DNA of 64,000 nucleotides from Antedon mediterranea (lineage: Eukaryota > Animalia > Echinodermata): assembly GCF_964355755.1 (NCBI RefSeq), contig NC_092680.1, positions 19,167,045 through 19,231,044 on the forward strand, in the 5' to 3' direction. Of this stretch, positions 49,620 to 64,000 are shown piece after piece; positions within the stretch are counted from its first letter, which is position 1; each line of letters starts with the position of its first letter. Made by a program: the position numbers and the translations under genes. The notes beneath the pieces were generated by a model. It saw nothing but the letters and a program-made list of their open reading frames with translations, did not search any database and was not told the DNA's origin.

Positions 49620-50710
49620 CAGTGTTGCTAAAGGTTTTTGCACCTTAGCTTGGCTTCCCACTGTAATTCTGCCAGAGAGCCTGGTTTCATAACGTAGCTG
49701 TAATTCGTAGAGTTCCTACACGGCTGATGTGTTCTATTGCTGTGACGATGTTGTCAAAACTGAGCCAATATTTTCTTTTCGGCAATTCATTTTATTGTGC
49801 TGTATTTAGCACTACAAGCTTGTTTGATCTAAAAGTTCATTGTTTGTCTACAAAACATTGGCTTAAGGCGCAAAGTTTACGGCTCACTCTCTGCGGGTGA
49901 TGATTGTACACTGAAAGAAGAAGCGTTCTAATATAGGCCTAGACATTCGGTTTGTGTGTTTATGAGGAACCTGCGTCATCAAAACTACGTTATACCTACT
50001 CACAGGCTGCACACACTCACACTTTTTGTGCACAATTTCTAGTGTTTATAATAATAGTAAATGCTTCAGCATTTTTTTTATTTTCAAATTTTAGATTTTT
50101 AGGCGTAAGTGTATGTCTTGTTAACAAGTTAATAAATTCTGAATATAATTATAGGATATTGCCTCAACATAATGTTCCTTCCAAACGTTAGGCTATATGC
50201 ATTATTCCATAACTATCAATGCATTACCATAGCTATAATAACAAAATTAAATCAGGAAAGTTTAGGTTTGGTATTAATAGAAAATTACAACAATTCAATT
50301 CCAAAAAAGGTATGACGTATGATGAACATATGAACAACCGGTATTGCCATTTTTAAAAGTAGAGAAGTGGTTCTATTTTAAAGAAGTGATTTCACATCAC
50401 ATGATAAAAAACGCTAGATCGACTTTTATTACTTAAACCTAACTGTCACAACGAATAATGTCTCCGGAATATTCACTTGAGCTCAGGAGCCAGGAGTTTC
50501 ACAGAGCGATCCCAATAGTCTCCATCGGTTTCCTATTGATTAAACCACATGACGTTACTTTTCGCAGATCCTTTTGACTTTTTTTTTGTATTGCATTTAT
50601 TATTACTGATTGGCATGCAAGTACACCATCTGCAATGTTGAAGCAAGCAATCGCTGTTAATTCAATCTTTAGTATCGCCATTTATTTTATTTATTATTAT
50701 TTTCCAATAT

Positions 50711-51027
50711 TTAAAGATATAAATTGCCTTCCTGAAAAAAATAATTGTTTAAGTTTTGTTATGACCAAAAATTGGATCGAAAAAAAAATCATTTACCTGA
50801 AAGTACCTTTATTTAAAGCATAAACATAGTAAAATTGGCTGCCAGTCAATATTTTTTGTTGAATTTTTAACCATTTACTTTGTCATTTTATAAGTGAAAA
50901 CATTATTTTTTTAGGTTTTTGGTGAAGTGAATAACTTTATTAAAACTTCAAAATGGCCTATTCAAAGTCTGATTTAATTGATGTCCTTAATTTTTCATGT
51001 TTTTGAGGGACAATAATAGATCTTTAA
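50711..51027. mobile_element. MITE family 3, near full length, TTAA at both ends (Kolobok-like)
   Basis: TTAA-AGAT...GAGGGACAAT..ATCT-TTAA; homologous to two other copies in the window. Confidence 0.7.
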
Positions 51028-51923
51028 CGAGGGTGATCCATCCAGTCGACGCCTTGATCATTAGTAACCTTAACATCACCAGCCACTCATAAATCATAAT
51101 TTATACAATAATATTGTATTATTTCAATTCAGTATAAAATATAATATAGATTGCGCATCATTGTATTATTGTTATAATTACCTTGCTCCAATTATTATTT
51201 AATTATCAAGATGAACATTACGAATATTTTAATACCTTTCTTTCGGCTGAAAGAACTGTATATTGTATCGCATACAGAAAATGAAATACAAAAGCACAAA
51301 TAGTTATGCCATGATAACCAGTAAATTATCACATAATGATAAAAATGTATTAATTAATTTCTAAAAATATACAATTTTAACGAATAATTTAAAAAAGTTA
51401 GCTGAAATAGGAAGAAAACTGTGGAATTTCATGTTTATGAGAAATATTAATCTCTTATTATTAGAATTTCCAAGAAATTTGTTTACGTGTTGAGGCGTTC
51501 ACCAGATCTAGTTTCACGATAATTGACCAAAACACTCTTACCGTCTGTCAATGCCATGCACGTGACGAGTGTTTCTACTTGTCATTCTGCTTCGGATGTT
51601 ATTGTGGTTCGAAAACTAATTTTTCTTTTCAAAGAAATGTTGTCATCAATAACAACATTGACAGTTGCTAGGCGATGGCATCTAGGGAGACAGGATGACC
51701 TAAAAAAAGTTTATAAACGTTCAGTCGCGGAGGGCGGTATGCAATGACGTAATCATATTTTGTAAATATCCTTTATTGTGGTCGAAGTGTGGTTTTAAAC
51801 TTTGTTTTCTTTAATATAGCTAGATGCAATTTTGTCTTGAGGTAAATCCGGGTCCTGTCGATTGTATTCTATGAAAAACATAGCGTAACAAGTTAACGAA
51901 CTTAAATGACCTTCAAGCCTTAC

Positions 51924-51932
51924 TATATAAAA
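51924..51932 (+). promoter_or_regulatory. Probable TATA box of MMP-C
   Basis: TATATAAAA ~115 bp upstream of the ATG at 52043. Confidence 0.5.
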
Positions 51933-52042
51933 GAGCACATTCTGAAAAGGCAAATCAATGAAGAAATACTTTCAAACGAGTCGATATTAAATTTTACTAG
52001 CACGACTTATTTTTCGAAAAGTAAAAAGTAACGTTAAAGAAA

Positions 52043-57541
<5,499 letters not shown>

Positions 57542-57554
57542 AGTATAAGCCTAT

Positions 57555-57603
57555 AATCATAGAAGATTGAATCATAGAAGATTGAATTATAGAAGATTGA
57601 ATC
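57555..57603. repeat. 15-bp tandem repeat x3 in the MMP-C 3' UTR
   Basis: AATCATAGAAGATTG repeated three times just after the stop codon. Confidence 0.85.
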
Positions 57604-58404
57604 AAAGAAAATGACGGCATGATTTGATTAGGATGAACAAAATGACGACGTGTTTTACGACACACAATTTTGCTAACTTTTTATAACTGGATTTTGTAAT
57701 TTTTTATTTATTTATTCTGAAGTATTTTAATTTATGTTTTGCCTTCATTAGTGCTGACACGACACTTTTACTTTACTTTTAATAAATTACTACTTTAAGA
57801 CAATTCTGTACATAATTTAAATGCAACGACGTTTGTGCTACGTCAAATTTTATTGTGGTTTAAAATTAATTTATATTTCCGTGTCTTGTTTAAAGTAGTG
57901 TTAGTATACTCATGGAGATAATAATAAGTCTTATTTCTCCATGGTATACTATGCTGTAGTTGCATTTCTACTTCTAACGATATTTGTAAAAAGTAATTAA
58001 ATTATTTCTATAAAGACTTTCTAAAGACGAGAAAAAAAGTACTGTAATCTAATATATTACGGTATAGTTTTCAGAGTAAAATTATTACCAAAAAGATGCA
58101 TTTTCTAAATTGTTTCCAGTTCTGGAAATTTGTATTGTGTAATACAGTAATGACAACATTTTAATAAATCGATTTTATATCATAAAAATGTGTTTTAAGT
58201 TGTTATAAGGTTTTGATTTTCTAAGGTCAATACTTAATTTTTACGTCAATACAAGTGACATTTCGATTTGAAAAAAAAAACAAGGCCATATACATGGCTG
58301 CAGTCGCGTGCCTAAATTTGAGTTAGTGTTTACCGACCGACCGACTTATAGTGAGCTGTAGAGTCGACAAAAAGTATAACTTAACAAATTTAATCATGCT
58401 GAGA

Positions 58405-59020
58405 CGTTCTGCAATTACGTAACCACACACAAGCAATTGACCAATCGCTAACGGAATGGACCATCCGAAGTGCCGCTTGATATGTCAACACACTGGTGGC
58501 GTTGAGCCTACGTCGTTGCGTTACATTACGTCCAACGTAACACAACGTACGTGAGTTTACCAATCACAAGCGATGGATTATTCGAACCGTTGCTTGTCAT
58601 TGGTCAACTCGCTTGCGTTGCTTCCTAGACGTCATTACGTTGCGTCTCTAGTGGGAACCAATCTTTAAGCATGATGCTCGACGATCAGGATAATGAGTTG
58701 GAATATCAGTCTGAAATGAAATCTAAGAAGTGTGTAATAATATTATATATTGCAATTATCAGTAACAAATTTAGGTAAAATCAAATATAATGCTTAATAC
58801 CCAATGTGCCCCTTTCTATGATCACGTAAACACCTCCTTAAAGCGTGGTTCCCACTAGCGTCGCAACACAAGGACGTAACGCAACGCAAGTGAATTGACC
58901 AATCACAAGCGATGGCTTATTCGCTTGTGATTGCTAACTGCCTATAACTTCGCTTGTCATTGGTTAAAACGCTTGCGTTGCGTTTACGTCCTTGCGTTAC
59001 GTTCTAGTGGGAACAACGCT
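58405..59020. mobile_element. Two clusters of family-2 MITEs; complete palindromic copy at 58842-59020
   Basis: TAA-AGCGTGGTTCCCACTAG...CTAGTGGGAACAACGCT-TTA (TWA flanks, Harbinger-like). Confidence 0.8.
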
Positions 59021-62000
59021 TTATGTGTATATATTTACATTGATGTTTGATTTAAAGGTAAAACAAACATGATACTTGTATTCTATAATCAAAGAAATAA
59101 AAGGGAGTTTGTGTATGTAGAGATATCATATTGGCTTAGTTCAGTAGCAAGGTACTTTTGACTATAGAATCGGTCATTCGCACCGAAACTAGTGACTGTA
59201 TCTCTGATTTGTTTATAGACCACTTAGCAAAGTGCTGACAACAGTAATAATTTAAACCAATCTTGAAGAATAATTGATTAATCAACTCGAAGCTATTCAT
59301 CAAAACGTCTAAAATTGTTACAAAATCACCAGTTTGTAATGCTGTTCGTCGGTTGCTAAAGGGTGTGGAGATAACCTTTTTAACATGTTTGTATTTTGCT
59401 ACAGGCAGCCAAAAGTACCACTCAACGAAAGATAGGAGTGATATACCGCAATTTCATAGTTATCAGTTATACATGTTTAGTTGCTAATATTACGATAAAT
59501 TATAATGCCAGTAATCTTGCATTTTATTACGTCACATACAGGCCTCTTGTTACGCATTGGTAATAAGGTACGGTAGGCCCGAGGCCTACATTCTTAATTT
59601 TCGCTGTACCTGCCGATTATATCGGTACCAACGTAATTGGTACTATGTATAGTGTCAATAATATATACCGGGAAATGGGCGACTCTCTTCCCCTTCTCAC
59701 TCTCTTCCCTGTCCCCCACTACAGGTGCTACCACTGATCTGATCTATTTTCTTAATTGTAAAGTATCTGTTAATAAGGTATACTGTACTGGTTTTACATC
59801 TGGCTATTTTCAACGGTTGTTGTATTTATCCAAATCCGGAACAGGTCCCAATTTATTTAAAGTGGCACTTAAATAAATATTTGTTTTTCTGGATATCAGT
59901 TACGTCAAACCACTGTATCGAGTTTGAACCCATCTAGATACCATTTATATACCATCATCAATTCTCCCATGCGTTGTTTTTCACGTATCAGGGTCAGTTT
60001 ATTCAACACAGATCTAGGCCACAGTGTCGATTACTTCTGTTAACATTTTATTTACAATAAGAAAAAATTATAATAAAACTGAAAAACAACAAATTATGAA
60101 TATTTTTTCTCGTACAAAAGTAATCAAATCAGACACATTTCATCCGATTCATGAATTGTCATACAAATATTTCGTGTTTTTGTGTGTAGTATCGTAACAA
60201 ACCATTATAGCAGCACATCTGCGTAACATGTAAATTAGGTATAATTGAATAATAACGTTACGGGTATTCACAGGACCACATGACAAGTAACATGTGATAT
60301 TACTGCATATAAGGAAGGAAGGCTCCAAATTAGGTACGTGTTTGGTGTTATGCTTTCTAGGTCTATTAAATACTGAATACTTTTAATAATAATTAACACT
60401 GTTCGTTACAAATTAAAGTTTCGCAGCGTAAAAGTGTATAATTAATGCTGTTTAACAATATAACAAATGTGTAACAGTCTTGGTGTAAAATGCCGCCAGA
60501 TGCGATGGTACATAATTTTAATGTCGTATGTTAATCAAATTTGTGACATGAATTTGTAGTATTATCAGTTCGTTAATTTATATTAAATGATGTCAATGAA
60601 ATACTCATTCCGTGTATTAAGTACGGTAATTGAGTGCTGGCATTTTGTAGTTAGCTCACTCACGTATAAACATAGTTTCTACAGCAGGAGTTCTCGCGAA
60701 TTCTGCAGGTTTTAACTATACCTTCTGTTTGCCCGATTGGTGCCCATCGCGCTGAGCCTACTATCCCCTGGCCTAACTTCCGTGGCCTAACTTATATTCC
60801 GAACAATCAAATACCCATTCTCTCTTTATTTTACTCAGAGGCTCCTCATAATCCATGGTCTATTTAATAAGCTTCCAGCATACATAAACCGAATGAAACG
60901 AGTAAACTGAATATTTAAAAAAAAGTTAGTTGACAGTTAGCCTAAATATCACATACTAATTGATTGTTGTAATTATGGATATTAATGTAATCTTCTTTAT
61001 TTCAAAATGTAGTCTACCTAACCACCACGTCATCCATTTTAGTAATTATTAATAATAATTATTATAATTGTAATCATGGTCATTTTCAAAACTGTTGTTT
61101 CATTATATTTTTGTGATTTATATTTAGCATCTAGGCCTATTCGCTGATCTATACTGTTTTTGTGTAGATATGTTCATACTTTCAGACCTTCATCATTAGC
61201 AGTCGCATGATTTCACAGCAGTAATTCGCCTAATAGATTCCCTTTCGGCCGCTTGAAACTTGATCGGCTAAAGTAGCCTACTTTTTATACACCCTTTACG
61301 TGTGTTTAAAAGCGCAAATTAGATTTCAATTTGTATGACAGTTGCTTTTCCTTCACTGATACAAAAGCAAGTAGCAATGTTTCCGCCCAGTGGCGTGAAT
61401 TTAAGACACTGTTTATGTAACTTGTTCATTTCTGGTTTTAGTTTGAAATTCATTACTTGACCTTCCTAACGTACTATAATCCAGGTATATCGACTGTGCA
61501 TAAAAAAATAATAATTTTGCCAAGTATAGTACTGGCTTTCAAGTGTACTACTTTGTTTTGCTTTTTTTTTTTGCTTTTTTTTTTCCTTTTATTATTTTAG
61601 TTTATTACTTGTTTCATAATTTTTAACGTTTCGTCCTAATTTTGGACGTTACAGAACATTCTATCGCTTTAAAAAAAATCGATATATTGGTGATGTTACT
61701 ATTGCTTCAATATAGGGTGAAATAACAAGAGCACGTCCTCTGTTGTTCTCGATTGGCAAGTATTTCGCTCAGTTTCTGAGTGTATAATTTATTTAACATA
61801 TTTTTTTTTATTCAGTTCATCAGAAAAACCATAGGCCTACAGAATTAAAACATTGATGCGTAGCGCTCGCACAACATAAATAGACCAGTTGTTATTTCTA
61901 TTTTCGTGGTACAGTATTTGACTAAATTTGACCATTTAACCTACATTCTGAATATAGTATTTTCTTACACTTGGCAAATTTTCATTACAGTTTAACGTGA

Positions 62001-62810
62001 AAACAATACAAAACTTAAGATGTCAGTTGATGACCTACATTTATACGGCGGTCCTACACTAGTAATGGATTTCGTTCAAAAAAAGTCTTGATTTGAGTCA
62101 CAATGTAGATCACTGATAACTTCAATTGCGCATGCGCGAAAAATATGTTGATATGCATGCTGCACTGAGACCGAAGATGTGGGCCTAACAATTCATCTTC
62201 GGAATTGGAAGTGTATTTGAGATAAAGATGTATGACCCTCCAATACTTTAAATGGTGCCATCTTCTCAATAAAAGTTCAATAGTCATAGAAAAAGTATTC
62301 GTCAAGGATTTTTAGCACGGACAAAATTAACTTGGCTTCAGTTCATCAAGTGTAATGTTAGCGTACACCAGAGTTTCACCAGCGTAGTTCCTAGTAAATC
62401 ATCTTTAGTAAATCGTTCTTGGTATTCGTTGATTTGACGTGATAGAACTGTCATTCGTAATATCTTTTTATTGGTATTCGACGGGGGACAGATAGCCTGT
62501 CATCTGCTTAAAATAAAAAGGGAAGTTTTTATAGACAGTAAATTATGCATTTAAAAGCTTTTTAGAATACTTGGATGAATTTTTAAGGTGGAAGGTAATT
62601 TTTATTATGTTATATTCAGGAAAGATGCCGTCAAAACTTGTTAAATCACATATTCGAGAATGTAAATAGGCAGCAGCGGGGTAACGGAAACCAACAACTA
62701 ACTAAAAATACACAATAAAATACATTTTAAAAGGAAAGGATAAAATTAACACGAATTGAGTAAGTTGAAATTGCTTGTGCTGTTAAAAGTACAGATCGCT
62801 TTATAGGGAC

Positions 62811-63200
62811 ATGCTACCTCGGACATCCCAAGCTACGGAACCAACGCACGACTTGCCTTCAATATCGTCGACTAATTACGATGATATTGATAGAGATCGA
62901 CAGAACAACAATGTTTTAGATGCGGGAATTAAACAGAAGAAAGGTGCTAAACGTATGGGCCCCAGACCTCCGATCAAACCAGTACAGCGCATGGCAGCCA
63001 ACGCACGTGAGAGGGCAAGGATGCGAGTGCTCAGTCAGGCATTTTCTATGTTAAAAACCACCTTGCCCTGGGTACCAGCCGATACAAAACTTTCAAAGTT
63101 AGATACACTTCGCTTAGCATCTAGTTACATTGCACATTTACAAAGTGTGCTAGATGACGAGGACCAACCGGATTCAATGGGAACTCATCCGATAAATCTT
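62811..63200 (+). CDS. TCF21: TCF21/Musculin (capsulin/MyoR) family bHLH transcription factor, exon 1 (130 aa); exon 2 not found in window
   Basis: [53 protein letters not shown] is diagnostic of TCF21/MSC. The exon ends HPINL|GTAAGT, matching the vertebrate HPVNL|TWPF junction. Confidence 0.9.
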
Positions 63201-64000
63201 GTAAGTATATTTGATTTGTTTTATCGTATGATACGTGTATATATCCATTGTTTGGTTACTCGTTTTTTAAAAGAATATTTTTAGGTACAGTATTGTTTAA
63301 AATGTAGTTGTGCACGTATGTTATGTATTGGTTAGGTATCGTTCCTGATTCATACCGGTACGCTGTATCAATATCGTTATCAGTATCGTTATCGGTGTCA
63401 TTCGAATTGCTTATAGTGTCTATTGTTTTTTTTATTTCCATCGTCCGCGTTTTTTTTATCTAACTTCTTTTCATCCCATATTCAGCAAAAAAAATACAAT
63501 AAATGGTTTTATTCTATATTTTAAAACGTTGTTTCTTATCATAAGATAAGATAAAGAAATGTTATTGCAATCTATACAATAAAAATATATGAATGAAGTT
63601 GAACAAAATTCACATTGAAATTAGTACGAAATCATTCTATGATACATAAACAACATGAACCTTCAATTTGTTATGTTTTTCTTAGGAGATAATTTGAAAG
63701 AAGTAAAATAAACTCAGTTAAGAATAGTCTGTACACAGGAGTGCATGCACCGGTTTGGATACTAATTTCAGAATTTACAACCGAATCAAACATGACCGTC
63801 GAATGCTGTTTATTTAGACAGGCTTCATAAAATGATAGTCTTCGTGTAGGCTGCCGCGTAACTTACACTAAAAGATAAAATGTAAAACTTACAGCGCAGG
63901 CGCAAAGACGTAATGTGACCAATCACAAGCGTCCATCGGCTCAGCATTTTGAATACGTCATTAAATTAATTATGTGCGCGCTGTGTCCGTACGTCACTTT

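Noticed and set aside
63201-64000. Second exon (TWPF motif) of the TCF21/MSC gene
   Set aside because: No AG followed by TWPF codons found; the ORF extension to 63284 is intron read-through.

Overview
AT-rich eukaryotic DNA with GT-AG spliceosomal introns, most likely an invertebrate deuterostome (inferred from gene and SINE types). Reading exons by hand gives a cluster of three complete 8-exon secreted matrix metalloproteinase (M10A) genes with identical intron phases (0,2,1,1,0,1,1): MMP-A on the minus strand (28406-36572), head-to-head with MMP-B (40425-49619), then MMP-C (52043-57541). They are followed by exon 1 of a TCF21/Musculin(MyoR)-type bHLH gene. Also present: a U6 snRNA variant with a correctly placed TATA box inside an MMP-A intron, the first exon of an unidentified secreted protein (25731-25917, minus), decayed LINEs, tRNA-derived and Deu/Nin-type SINEs, several MITE families and minisatellites. 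The first ~25 kb has no gene I can support. Most notable: (1) the splice acceptor plus zinc-binding motif of MMP-C is triplicated, with both upstream copies reading HD instead of HE and one keeping an intact competing acceptor; (2) the intronic U6 variant; (3) paralog-specific MMP changes (GAG-site-like acidic linker, furin site, structural-Zn His->Asp, 10/20/40-aa hinges); (4) a kB-like minisatellite in the divergent MMP promoter; (5) a large excess of TAGGCCTA and TA-NNN-TA footprint-like words. No CRISPR or other prokaryotic system is supported. All coordinates and counts were read by eye.
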